A DNA stretch of 64,000 nucleotides from NCBI RefSeq assembly GCF_006345805.1, contig NC_042998.1, positions 66,526,001-66,590,000 of the forward strand, read 5' to 3'. The DNA comes from Octopus sinensis. Its lineage: Eukaryota. A model generated the notes under the pieces. It searched no databases. It saw only the letters and a list, made by a program, of their open reading frames with translations, and had not been told where the DNA came from. Within the stretch, counting starts at the first letter, position 1, and every line of letters starts with the position of its first letter. The translations under genes were made by a program, and so were the position numbers. Positions 12,921-26,520 of this stretch are shown here, one piece after another.

Positions 12921-13299
12921 CCAGTGTATCCGGCGTGTTATTGGTCTTATCCCACCTGTACTTTTGGTTTAGTTCCTGATTATTTTTTTTCTCTGTTGGA
13001 ATATTTCTAACCACACTCACAATCGCAAGCACGCACACTCTAACACTCACACATACGAACACATGTATATGTGTATTTATATAATTATTTGGATTTTTGG
13101 TATACGATTAGTAGTATACCGATTAAAGCACTTCCACTATTTAAGCTACCTGAGATCATCCATCGCTTTGATATAATTGTCATTGGATCTTCCTCGGGAA
13201 TTACGCAGTATTCGTTCCGTTTTTAATGAATGTGCGAAACGGAAAATGGAGTACACGAGAATATTTATTCATCCATTTTCCGTTTTCCTCATTCATTAT

Positions 13300-13329
13300 A
13301 CGCACACACGCACACACACACACACACAC

Positions 13330-13395
<66 letters not shown>

Positions 13396-13489
13396 CATAT
13401 ATACCCATGTACACATATATACATACATATATATACACATATATATATATACATATATACATATATATATACATATATATATACATATC

Positions 13490-13527
<38 letters not shown>

Positions 13528-13549
13528 CTTATATATATATATATAAATA
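13300..13549. repeat. (CA)n/(TA)n microsatellite
   Basis: Direct runs. Confidence 0.95.
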
Positions 13550-13755
13550 TAGGGAGAGTTCACGAAAATAATAAAAGACGAAGACAGGTGGTGTACAAAG
13601 CAAACAGATGTATTAGTAGAACGCTCAGGAATAGAAACAGTCTTTTACGTTTCGAACTTACGCTCTTCTACAGAAAGGGACACAGAAAAAAACAAGGAGA
13701 GAAACAAGGAGAGAAAAAAATGTGCGTAGTGGCTAACACTCTATCATGGCGACAT
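13550..13755 (-). mobile_element. Short Penelope-like element with hammerhead motif, copy C
   Basis: 13641-13679 minus strand CCUUU-CUGUAGA-A-GAGC(GUAA)GUUC-GAAAC-GUA-AAAG. Confidence 0.7.
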
Positions 13756-13756
13756 A

Positions 13757-15868
13757 TATACTTATATAAACTTAGATATGTTTCGACCAAAGATTGGTCC
13801 AGGCCATATCTAACTTAATAGCACCACCTGATAGGATTATTTGAATCCTGTTTAAGTCAAGTTTTGTTTATGGTCCATTCAACTAGTGATTTATTGTTCG
13901 GTGAGTTGTATCCAATTATGGGTGGCTTATCTTGTATTCTTTGAAGGAATCTATCCAAACTCCGTTTAAACTTGATGGGATCCTTTTCCTCTTTGATCTC
14001 TTTCGGGACAATGTTAAATAGGGCAGGGCCTGTTGAGGAAAAGAAATTATGTTGTAGTGTACATGTATTATGTGATCTTGAATTGGGCAGGGGACGTATG
14101 GCCCGTGGTCCAAGTCTTGGATGAACCTTGAAGCTAATGTTCAGGTCGTTTAGGCAAAGTTGGCGGTATATTCTCCACATCGTACAAATGATGTACCGCT
14201 CACGGCGACGCTGGAGAGAGTAGAGTTTCAAGGCTTTAAGGCGATCCCAGTAATTGAGAGCAGTCATGCCTTCAATTCGTCTGGGGTGATTCAATCCTCG
14301 TGATGTTTTGTCTTGTATGGGGATACTACAGTGGGCAGCAGTATTCGAGGTGTGGCCGTACAAAAGAGGAGAAAAGTGGTATGATGAGACCTTGTTCTCT
14401 GGACCGGAACGTTCTTAAGATCCAGGAACTCATCCTACGAGCTATATCGAATTTCTTGTTGATGTGCGCACTCCAAATGAGATCGTCATCAACAATTACA
14501 CCCAGGTCTCTGATATTGTTAGAGGCTGTGAGCGGTTCCCCTGAAGGAAGAGAGTATGGCTGTGTTAGTGAGGAATTTCTTCCAAAATGCATCAGCTCAA
14601 ATTTTCCCTCGTTCAGTTGCATTTTGTTTCTGTCTGCCCATTGACTCACAGCATATAGATCAGACTGGAGTTGAGTTCGGTCTGCTTCTTCATTGACGAT
14701 TTGCTAGAGCTTAGTGTCATCAGCAAATATTTTCACTTTGCAGTAATGTACAACACTGGAAAGGTCGTTTATATAATTTATGAAGAGTAGCGGCCCCAAG
14801 AAAAGTCCCCTGGGGGACACCGCTGGTGACTTTTGCTGGGCTTGAATGGACTCCATCAACTACAACATGTTGTGTTCCATTCGCCAGGAAATACTTAATC
14901 CAGTGTAGAACTTTTCCACGGATTCCAACATTTGCCAATTTTGAGAGTAGGATATTATGGTCTACCCTGTCGAACGCTTTACTGAAGTTAAAATATATGA
15001 CATCAGAGTTCGAACCTGTTCCCAAGGCTTTGAGTACATCTTCAATGTGGTGTAAGAGCTGTGTTAGACAGTCCCTGCCACAGCGAAAGCCATGCTGATT
15101 TGCATTTAGGCGTTTGTGGGTCTCCAGGAAGTCATCTATCCTTGATCTTAACATTCTTTCAAACACTTTAATGATGTGGGAGGTGAGTGAGATTGGGCGA
15201 TATTTGAGTGCGAGGGATCTGTTTCCCTGTTTGAAAACCGGAATGACTGATTGGGATAGAAACTGTTTCGGTATATAACCTGCGTCTAACGAATTCTCCA
15301 GAGGTTGGTTAGAGGGACTGCAAGTTGGTGTCTACATTCCTTCAGGAGACTAGCGGGGAATCTATCAGGTCCTACAGCAGAGTAGTATTTGACCTCATGT
15401 ATTGCTGCTATGATATCAGTGGCAGTGAAGGTTATGTGTGAGATTTTATGTTGGGAGTCAACTTCTTTCGCTTCTCTTACGTCAATATCAGTGGGAACAC
15501 TGAAGACAGAGCAGTATTGTTTCTGCAGTATTTCTGCCATTTCTTTAGCATCGTGTTGGGGAATGCCATTATCCTCAATCAATGGCCCAATGGGTGAGAC
15601 AGTGGTTCTATGATTATTTGCATAAGAATAGAACACTTTTGCGTTCTGTTTGATGTTTTTGATTACCCACTGTTCCTCCACAGCTCTTTGATTTTCAATG
15701 GAGGTTTTCATGTCGGTGTGCAGATGAAGTTTATCCAGCTCAAGCCTTTTCATTATTGTTGAATGTAGATGTTTTGTGTGAGAATATTTTAATTGGTTGA
15801 TTTTTTTGTTGAGTCTTTTGATGCGCCTGATGAGTGTTTTTTCTTTGTAAGGGGCCCGTTTCTGTTTG
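13757..15868 (-). mobile_element. CR1-clade LINE, 5'-truncated ORF2 (RT) pseudogene with 3' UTR
   Basis: YRPISLTSH, QHGFRCGRDCLTQLL, FSKAFDRVDH, SGVPQG, RDLGVIVD, RPHLEYCCP, LYSLQRRRERY; several frameshifts. Confidence 0.95.
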
Positions 15869-15908
<40 letters not shown>

Positions 15909-15965
15909 CATATATATATATATATATATACATACACACACACATGCACACACACACACACACAC

Positions 15966-16011
<46 letters not shown>
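15869..16011. repeat. (TA)n/(CA)n microsatellite
   Basis: Direct runs. Confidence 0.95.
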
Positions 16012-16015
<4 letters not shown>

Positions 16016-16208
16016 ATAAAAAGATCGAAGAAAAATCAGCAGGATAAAACAACAACGTAAGGACGTGGTACATGCAAAGTATTAGCTCTACCTCAGGGAA
16101 AGAAAGAAGGATAACTTTACGTTTCGAGCAAAGCCCTTTTTCAGAAACCTGAGACAGAGGAAAGTCCAAGAGAATAGGAAAATGGATGGAAACCATTGCT
16201 AACGGTCC
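16012..16208 (-). mobile_element. Short Penelope-like element, copy D (related subfamily, CUGAAAA core)
   Basis: 16113-16149 minus strand GGUUU-CUGAAAA-A-GGGC(UUU)GCUC-GAAAC-GUA-AAGUU. Confidence 0.6.
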
Positions 16209-16277
16209 ATATATAGTTGCATTTTGAATATATATATATATATATATTTGCTTATGCATATGTATGTGTTCGTGTGT

Positions 16278-16329
<52 letters not shown>

Positions 16330-16331
16330 TT

Positions 16332-16530
16332 AGAAATTGTACAAAATCCAAATAAGTGAGAGACGTTGGCGGGCGAGTAACAAACAAGGTGTATTAGTTT
16401 GACGCTCAAGAAAACGGAAGAATCTTTGATGTTTCGAGCCTACACTTTTCTGAAGAATAAAATGAAAAGAAAATACAGATGGAGAAAGGAAAAAAAACGG
16501 AAGGAGGAAAAAAATTGAAGATCAATGGTT
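16332..16530 (-). mobile_element. Short Penelope-like element, copy E (decayed)
   Basis: gtgtattagtttgacgctc...gtttcgagcctacac homologous to copy A. Confidence 0.6.
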
Positions 16531-16884
16531 GCACATGATTTCACATGTAAAATATATATTAATATATTTATATGGGTGTATATGTCTCTTATTCAATGTG
16601 TTAGGGATTTTACACACTATGGCATTATGATAGTATTGTGGCATATTCTAACACAAAAGTTGGTATATATACACACGCGCTCACACACACACATACACAA
16701 TAGCGCAAATTGTTTAAGTGAAAGACATACATAACTATGAAAGCCATACAGTGTGACACTGAAGTTTCTAATGACTGGCAGACTAAAGCCACTGATCTGG
16801 AAATTATTGCCCAAGCAATCAGAAACTGTAATGTCTCCTAATCGATAAAATAATTCTATTGGAAGCTAATATATATATGAAAAA

Positions 16885-16995
16885 TACACACATACATGCA
16901 TGCATACATATATACATGCATACGTACATATTCGTATGTATGTATGTATGTATGTATGTATGTATGTATGTATGTATGTATGTATGTATGTGTAT
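16885..16995. repeat. (TATG)n microsatellite
   Basis: Direct runs. Confidence 0.95.
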
Positions 16996-18994
16996 GTTGT
17001 TCAGTAGAAACGCTATGGAGACACTCTCGTAAAATAAACACCTGCATGAATACAAGAAAAATTTGGAGACATAAAAAAGAATCGAACAGCAGTTACATCA
17101 ATAATAATTAGTAATTCAGGTTTTTTTATTGTTTGTTTTTTATATAATAAAAACAATTCCAGACGAATATATAAACAACAATCCAGAGTTTATATATTAT
17201 AAACTTGCTAGAAACCTCACTCAAAATTAGAAATAATTCTTTCGAATTTTGACAAAAGGTCAAAACATTTTGAAGGGAGGGGTACAGTTAGGTTAAATTC
17301 ACACCTGTGTTTCACGGATTCGATTTACTGAACTATACATTACACCAAATCTGTGCCTGTGTGTACATTTTAGAAATCCAGACTCGTTACAAAGAGTACA
17401 CCGCACACCGAGCTAATGATTCTCAGTCAAATTTATAATGATATGCTGGGGTTTCGACATCTCCAGCAATTCTTTGATGCTGAAAATTAATACATGCTTC
17501 AAATCAATTAATATAGTACTAGCGGCTGTACGTTGTCAACAACTCTAAGAGCTATAGTACAAAAATACTTCTTGGTTTTTCTTTTGGTTCTTTAAGATCT
17601 AAGTTCAAATCCCGATGAGATCAACAGTGAATTTTATCAACCCCGTCTACACAAGATGATGTGTCAGTTTAGAATTAAATACCGGTAATTATTTTAGAAA
17701 AAAACTGGCATGCGTAATAGCAACAAAGTAGTAAGGCGTTTTAGTCCCTGTAATTTGTAACTTTTACGAGTTTTCCTAAATAATTAGCATTTTAAAATCC
17801 GTACAAATCGAGAATTAGAAGCAAAGATCACAAACATACCAGTTCTTTGAGAGAAATTTACCTGTATTCAAGTGCAAAATCTGCACCTAATACATGAGAT
17901 ATGAACTGAAATGAGTGAAAGCAAACACGGATGCGTGAGAACTTACTATAAACAGCTTGCGCACTAAGATATTTACATACAGCGCGTTGAATGTATCTTA
18001 TAATTCCTGCACGTGTTTCATCGATTGAAACCTCATATATTAATTTCAAATTATAATGCATTAAGAAAAATATATTGCTGTGAGAACAAGTAAGTTTTGT
18101 TTCAAATTTGAATCCTTTCAAACATTTCATTTTATTCATAGATTTTCACTCGCTCTTCCTTTCCATAGACATCCTACAGGTGCGAACTTTCAAAGCAAAA
18201 ATTGCATTACTACTTTACTGCAATATATTTCAGTTTATTTATTCCTTCATTGTATTCTCATCAGAAACGGGAAATTTCTATAAAATTTATCGAAGTGCCA
18301 TGTATTTCGTTGCATGATTGCTTAATTCACAAACATACACGAGGTAAAGACACTTCTAACAAAGAAGCAAATTACACTTGTAAAAGCGCGACTTTTGTAT
18401 GCTTGGCGCTGCTTATAAAACGAAATAGCATGCAAGAGATTAAATTTTACCTGCTGTCTTCATTTAATTAGACATTCCTTATTAGAGTGCACCAATAACA
18501 TGCAAGACCACATATACTTTTTAATACTTTTACGAATAACATTATAGCCAATAAGTCTAAACCCATTGTCCTATTATCGGCAATATTTAAAATGCAATTT
18601 ACAGTGATAAGATCGATAATTGACTCATTCTTCCTTTGACACAAAATTCAATTTCAATTATCGCTTCTAAAAGAATTGTATGAAGAGTATTGGATACCAC
18701 ACCAGTGGAGTAATAATTCTATAAAATAATAAAGTAGGAAAATTGTAGATAACTTCCATCTACTCAAATATCGAACAGCTACCGTCTGCCAATAAACTTA
18801 TAAATAAACACATGCACAGACACAACACTTACACGTGCACCATCAGAAAAAAACATATATGAATATAAATGTTGAAGACCTATAGATTTCGAAGTTCTCT
18901 TATACACGTTTAGCACCAGTGTTTGGTTCCATAAAACACCCAGCTCAGTGGACCAGTGAAAACATAAAAGGATAACATACTGAGGAAGCAGATT

Positions 18995-19206
18995 TCTTTT
19001 CTACCCTAGGAACAAAGCCCGAAATTATTGGGGAGAGGGCCAGTCGATCAGATCGACTCCAGTAGGCAACTGGTACTTAATTTATCGACCCCGAAAGGAT
19101 GAAAGGCAAAGTCGAGCTCGGCGGAATTCGAACTCAGAACATAACGACAGCCGAAACATCGCTAAATATTTCGCCTGGCGTGCTAACATTTCTGCCAGCT
19201 CGCCAC
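18995..19206 (-). mobile_element. tRNA-derived SINE (family B)
   Basis: Reverse of ggcgagctggcagaa...gagttcgaattccgccgag...cctttcggggtcgataaattaagtaccag; A-box and B-box-like motifs. Confidence 0.9.
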
Positions 19207-19690
19207 CATTGGAGAAATAGAATGCAATCCGAGACTTGACGTTGTCCTCAGGATTGTGGATATCAGCTGAGACGCGCATTTGTGGTGCATGTAGGAGCTT
19301 TGACATTGGACGAACTGCATTATCATAGTTCAGTCTCGAAGAATGAACATACTACCATCATGTTCTTAATGATGAAATTATCCTCTCTGTCTATTTATCT
19401 ACCATCTTTGTAATGTTGTCAAATGAGATAAGTATAGGTATGTGCATTGTCAGTTTAATTGAAAATGTCTATATGTGGCTGAAGATTGCTCGACATTTTA
19501 AAACTGATGTAATACTTACAGGGTTTAATAAAATGAAGTAGAATGGAACAATTGTACTACTCTACCTTGGATATCCTTGTTGCTTATTTCGATTATAATC
19601 ACCCCATTTGATTTATATGGATAATAGCATACACAATTTTGGTGACTTTAACTTAAGTACCATATTCATCTGAATCTAAATTTTTATGAA

Positions 19691-19729
<39 letters not shown>

Positions 19730-21592
19730 TTGCATTAATACACACGCACACATATACGCATAAATATATATTTCTAATACCTGGGCGTGCGTGTGCACAT
19801 ATAATTCCTAAATGCGTATATAGAAATTAATTAGATATGAAATTAAATAAATATAATTGATGTAATGAATGTAATGTATGAAATACATTCAAAACTTGAT
19901 TATTGAAAAGCTGGAAGCAATTCTGAAATTTTATGAAAATGTTATATTTCCACCTGTGTATAATCAATGGATACTTCTCAAATAAGTTCATTACAAACCT
20001 ACAAATTTTCAGAAAATAATTATTATAAATTAAGAGGAATTAATAATTGAATAGAAAATAACTATAGGGAGAAAAACTATGACCCCGAATCATAAACCCA
20101 ACTGTAACGATAACTTATAATGAATTATACAAAATATGAGTGGAAGAAAAACTTTGCAGCGTGTTGGTAGAGTTTAATATCAATGCATTAATGTTCTTTG
20201 CTTTAGCTGTTGAAATGCTCTGATGAGGAAGAATCAGTAAATTTGAAACATGAATTAATTCATGGCTATATATTTGTATGCGTATGTGTGATCGTACACT
20301 CCTGTATGTCTGTGTATACACACGCATATATAAGCGTAAACAAATATTAACCCACTAAACTTTCAGTTAAAGAGTTAGAAAAAAATTTGGTTAAATGTTC
20401 AGCATTAGAAAAACTATTTAAATTAATTTAATTTATTATTGAAATACAAATGTAATTTTAATGTATATGAGTAAGAATAAAAATGTAATTTAATTACGAA
20501 GAAGAAGAAACTAATAAACGGTGAAAACGTATACATTTTCCAGTTATTTTTTTTTAAGTGAACTAATATTCATAATAAACAATAAAAGAGAAGTGTTAAA
20601 TCTCATACTTTTAATGTTCATGATGCTATATATCGTTTGTTTTTATTATCTGATCAATTATTTAACATTAAAGCAGGCAATGGTTAAATATGTATGAAAA
20701 CGCATGACATTAAAATAATGATGTAAATAAAGATAAGTTTTACGGTTATTAAAACTATTTTCATTAAATTAACTAAATAAATGAAGTGTTATTCAATGAA
20801 ATATTTAAAAAAAAGGAATATGAAATATATTGTTACTTAGATATGTGGGTAATTATTATTTTTATTATTTTACTTGTATAGTTTCAAGGAGGGGTTATGG
20901 CCCATGAGCTAATTAGGGATTCCGAAACCGTCGGGTTTCATGTTGCTAATGTTCTTCTAAAATGACACCTCATGAGAGTCAAGAATGCCTAACACTAACT
21001 GGTTGCAGATAACATTTCTCTCATAGAAAACATATTTGTGCTTTTACTTCTATTTGTCGATATGGACGTATTGTAAATGTTATTATAGTGAAAGTGACTG
21101 CAACTTCTGTGGACCAAAGACTCTAGCATATCAGTGAGCCACCTCGTACCATCAGTCAAGTGTTTATTTTTTAATTACGTTCAAGAATGTCAGCGTGTTT
21201 AGTAACACGCCTTAGAGCAGTTTTCCCTTCTGTGTCTCAGAGAAATATTTCAACGACTAGCGTAGCTAGTGGCAGCCAGAAATATTCCTAAAGATTAGCT
21301 CCTAATCGAAAGAACGTCTACGTTGTCTCCAATGTGTCTTACAACCTTACAATCTTGTTTTCTTGCGCTTCACGTCTGATCAATCATATCGTCTGCTCTT
21401 TCGTCGTTTGTGTGAGGGATGCGATAATCTCGTCGATCAGTTCATATACTTTTAACATCCGCTCCGTGAAGTACTGTGCTCACCGTAATTTTCAGACTCG
21501 CGCTAACGATACGCTGGGGTTTCAACGTCTCCAGCAATTCCTCGATGCTAGACATATATAGCCACATGCCTTTTCCTCTTACTCGCTAACAG

Positions 21593-21912
21593 AGCTGTAA
21601 TGCTGAGAATAGCGAAAACAGTAATATCATCTATTACCCACAACTATCGACAACTATCCACCCGTCGAACATTGCCCGTCGGAGGAAATTCCACGTTCGC
21701 TTTCCAGAGATTAGTGGCAGTAAAATAGATGGCGTTCTCGTAAAAGCAAAACGCCATGAGTCGATCAAAAGAACTGGCTTATCTTTTATAGAGGAAACTT
21801 CGGCTCGGCAGTACGACAGGAAAGAATTGTTGGTTTCAGAAAAACTCTACAGACTCTGGAATTCCGTTCATCGAACTCGTACGATACGCGCATGGAGCGA
21901 CGAAACCGATCT
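21593..21912 (+). CDS. Candidate internal coding exon of an unidentified protein
   Basis: Polypyrimidine tract + ctaacAG acceptor at 21592; frame stop-free for 106 codons; CT|GTAAGC donor at 21913 just before the in-frame TAA; locally GC/CpG-rich; no recognisable homology. Confidence 0.3.
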
Positions 21913-24369
21913 GTAAGCTCCGATCTACTGACTTGTAAAGTAATGTTGAACAGTTGTTCTCACGAGTAGGATGGTTGCGATTATCAGCTGTGTCCGTTAA
22001 AAGGATCTTTCTTTGACCAGATTTTATCTGTCGCTGCAATCACGGTTGTGTGGTAGAAAAAATTCAAAGGGCTAAAGGCCAATACTTCTTCAGAGCAACC
22101 GTCATCAGGTCTTTCAAGTTTCACTTTGAAAGATGATCGTCGGGGGGGGGGGGGCATCAAGATCGAGTATTGAGGATGAGAGAATAATTTGGCCCTGAAT
22201 CAAAACAGCTGATTCGATAAATTTGCTCTCTTCGAACCTCTTGATTTCGGGTTCCGTATCACTGCTCAGTACCTTAGGCAAGCACCCTCTACTATGCAAT
22301 GGGCCTACATTCTCTTGTGACTGAATTTAATACAGGGTAACTGTGTGGAAGCATGTTCAATATATAAGTGTCTGTGATTTCGTTCTTCAGTATATCTCTT
22401 GATCAATTATGTTTGTTTATATCTCCGTTACCTTGTGTTTCGGGAAAAGAAACAAACGAGTCCATGGAATATATATTAGGCTCAACACGTATCAACTGGG
22501 ACATATTTGTTCGACTAAAGCCCTGGCATATCTGGAGTCCAACGACTGAAACAAACAAAACATAAAGATACATACATAAACGAGCGTGCACTCGCGCGTA
22601 TGTGTCTTGTACGATTGTTGCGGAACATTTCCGATAATTCATGGTATACACCAAGGTTTGCTGCTGGATAAGAATTTTTTTTCATTTGAGCTTTAGATTG
22701 AATTAATTATAGAATTTGCTTTCATCCTTCTGTGTATTTTACTAGATATAACACCGGGGTTAACTTGCTTTTTCATGTGTCTGAGATCGATATAATACAT
22801 AAGTGTGTGATACGTACCAGCTTTGATTCAATCGATTATATTTATCTTTTACAAATGTTTGGCTTTGTGCCAATATAGTAATAATTTTTCACTAACGAAC
22901 GTAGATGAGTTTGTTGGTCGTAAAGGCAAAGCGCCATTTTCTAGACCGTAACGATAGTAAGTAAATCTATTTTAAAGCCTTGTTATGAAAGTTTTTAGTA
23001 TCTGTAGTATAACTAACATGTCTGACGGTATTCACTTATGTCTGTTATGTTCTCACACTTTTACGATTATACTTGATGTTGCATTTATCCAATTCTGACG
23101 AAATATATATCAGAGAGATGTTAAGGTTCATATACACATCTGCACAAATATCAATCGCGTATCGATATAATTGATCTCATTTAATAAATAACTCTAATTT
23201 TTCAAGTGATGGGTTTGTAGTTTTCCGCCCAGTACATCGAATGTTTTAAAGATAATTCATGTCCCTAACTTTGATTCTGTAAACTCTGCTCTCATAAATC
23301 AAATGTATAATAACTGCATCCTGTTGTACGAGAGACATGGAATTTTACGATAAAACGTTTAAAGCTTTCAATATTTTTTCTTTACATCGCCCATTTTTTC
23401 CAAACAATTCGTTTCCAAAAAGAAATACACTAGTTCATATGTCGTTATATCCAAACGTTCATTCAAATATGCTTCTAAATTTAAACCGAGTCTGTTTGAG
23501 ATTTAGGTGCTGTTTCTTTAAAAGTATGTTTTATTCGAAGAAATATTAACTTACTGTTCAGAAAATTAAATGAATGCATTATTAATAGTTTCAGCGATAA
23601 TTATTTTTATTTTCCTATCCCTTTATTTCGTTAATATTTTCCCTAATTGAAATATTTTTGTTTTATAATTTGGTCTTGGGATCTTAGTGAACGTTTATAG
23701 AAATGGAAAATATTAAATAATATTTAATGGATAGAAATAAATTATAAAATTTTCTGTCAGCATATTATTTTTTTGTTCGTTATAAACCTGTAATCAGATT
23801 CAAGATATTTCTTTAATAGTTGATAATAATTTTATGCATTTTTTTTTACCGTTTAACATTTTTCTCCAATTTTTATCTCCATCTTCAATGATCCGGGAAA
23901 TATTTCATTTGGTTGGTTTTGACATAATTTACTATCATTCAAGTAATTATGGAGCAGTTTGATATTCTTTTTATTTTTACATTATTTTGTAGGAGGGGGA
24001 TATTTTAAATCTCTTTTCACTTTCTTTATTCCTCCATGGGTTCCAGCTAATTTATTTCCTTTGCTTTCCATTATCGTCAGCAATTAAAAACTCATTTAAT
24101 GCAAACAGAGACCAGTATTACAATTTCTCATTTCTTCTATATCCAACATCATAATATTCAATTCAGTTTTACATTCTTCAGCCAATGATGTCATTCGTTA
24201 TAGTAAAAAGAAAAAAAAGAAGGTAATAAAATCGAATGCAAAGCTATGCGAAGTGAAGCGATGCAATAAAAATTAAGAATTAGCCATTTACTGCTCTCAG
24301 AATATCAGACAGCAGGGATGAAATAAAAAAGATTGACTATGCAAAAATATTTACTACTTTCCTTCTCTT

Positions 24370-24412
24370 CACACACGCTCACACACACACACATACACAC
24401 ACACACACACAC

Positions 24413-24456
<44 letters not shown>
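24370..24456. repeat. (CA)n microsatellite
   Basis: Direct runs. Confidence 0.95.
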
Positions 24457-24460
<4 letters not shown>

Positions 24461-25529
24461 CATACCTACATTATACACTCAAGGTTATTTTATGAATTGG
24501 TTTACTCATAGCCATATGAATAACCTGATGCACTGCACAAACACTTAGGTTTCAGTGTAGTGCTTCTTAGAGTAAAAACCGTTAGCTAAGGTTTACCTAC
24601 CTTTTGTCTTTTCATCAATCATTAACTGATATTTGAAAATATATATTTGTGTGAGTTCTTAAGTTTTTGTTGTCGTTCTGCTTCGAATACTGTCACTTTA
24701 GACAATACAAGCGTTGTAGAGTAGACACATGATCTAAAGCTTTTTACTCATTGACATTTCGTGTACTTGTATAGCAAAGATTGGAATGCCGACTGTATCC
24801 ATCAGCTATTAAAATGACGAGGTGTAATTTGAGAGAGGTTTGGCTACTAGTTATTATAGCTGTTGTAGTTTTGCAACAGGCTTATTTTTTGCAATAACTA
24901 TTTTTTTCAAGGTCTACCGTCTAAATATTCATACACGATAAAAAAAAAACGATTGATGGACCTGCAAAGAAAGCTATTAAATACAATACGAAATTACACA
25001 GTATATAAAGTCTAGGAGCAAATGCACACATACCCACACAGACATACACACACACAGACACACACACCCTTCATGAAAATCAAAAGTCAAATTTGCTACT
25101 ATCATGCGGCAATAAATATTTATTAATTTTGATAGATTACGAAAATACTATAGAAAATACTATAGAAAATTAAAGTTTAATTAATTAAATAATTTCAAAT
25201 AAGATTTCAATCAATTTTTTCAGAACACCAGACATGTTTTTCTATGTAAAATTGCTGCAAAATGCCGGAATCCTCAGAGAGTGAGATAAAATATATTGGA
25301 TATGCTCCAGATTTTCACGCTCTGGTTGTTCTACCTCTTGTGTCACACTCGACTTAACTTAGTGGAAACAAATTGCGCATTTCAAACGTTAGAGAGAGGG
25401 AGAGAGAGAGAGAGAGAGCAATGGAAATCAACGCTTGCATTTCACCCCAACAATTTTGTGAGAATGTGAATGATACCCACTAGTGTTGCTCATCGATCTG
25501 CTCGCGCAGAGAAAACTTTATCAGTTGTG

Positions 25530-25532
25530 CGT

Positions 25533-25599
<67 letters not shown>

Positions 25600-25608
25600 G
25601 TGTGTGTG

Positions 25609-25643
<35 letters not shown>

Positions 25644-25660
25644 GGATGGATGGATGGATG
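25530..25660. repeat. (TA)n/(TG)n/(GGAT)n microsatellite
   Basis: Direct runs. Confidence 0.95.
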
Positions 25661-25769
25661 AATGGGTGTATCCGTTACATGTAAAAGAAGGAGTATTAGA
25701 TTAGAATAAACACGAGTTTCATACTTATTTACCTTGTTTAAAATAACTTATTTATCTAAATTCTAACAT

Positions 25770-26520
25770 AAGCTCAATAAAAATTGTCATCCTGTGCAAC
25801 ATTATGCCGCTCTCAGCGTTTCGGTCTTGAAGTCGTTTTCCGTATGCAAGTCGAGGTCATTCTGCGATTCGCTCTGGATCTCGAAAACGGTGTTAAAACG
25901 GCGATCTTTGAGCTGCATTTTCATCATAGGGAAGTGCTACATCCGGTGAATAGGGCGGGTGTGAAAGTGATAGCATGTTAAATTTGGCGAGAAACTCACG
26001 AGTGAGGAGAGCTTGGTGACAGAGTGTATTGTCGTTGTCAAGAATACAATTCTTCGGGCTCCACATATCCAGTCTCTTTCGCCGAATGTCATCTCTCAAA
26101 CGCTTCAAAGCCTCGTAGAACTCTCGATTGATGCTCTGACCTTGAGGGACAAATTCTTGATGCACAATACCAAATTTCAAGGGTGACGCTCTTAGAAGGT
26201 CTTCCAAATTGATTATCATCTTCGAGGGATGTTCTTCCGTTTTTGAAGCGCTTGACCCTCAAGAAACATTGCTTACGACCAATTGCCTCTTCGCTGAAAG
26301 CTTTCCAAATCGCGTTCAGTGTTTCTCTAGCAGAAATCTCAAGTTCTACGCAAAATTTCACGTTGGATCTCTATTCCTGTCCATGACAAAATCGCAGACT
26401 GCAGCATACACATTATCACAAAATTATAAATTTCACAACTTGCGAAGAAAATAGAGCGATTTCACTCGGCACACTGCCTCATGTACGTCCCTGCTAGATC
26501 TCACTGCGCACGTGATGGGT
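25770..26520 (-). mobile_element. Mariner transposase remnant with internal deletion
   Basis: KFCVEL.ISARET...RFKNGRTSLEDD...GRPS (HTH) joined to FVPQGQSINREFY, RRKR...ILDNDN, HPPYSPDVA, LK.RRFNTV.EIQSES; TIRs not found. Confidence 0.9.

Noticed and set aside
21836-22039. Minus-strand ORF with LLYKSVDRS resembling a CR1 C-terminal motif
   Set aside because: Flanking RT motifs were not found; kept only as an alternative explanation for the candidate exon.
23598-23745. Weak AT-rich inverted repeat
   Set aside because: Low complexity with several indels; not distinguishable from chance.
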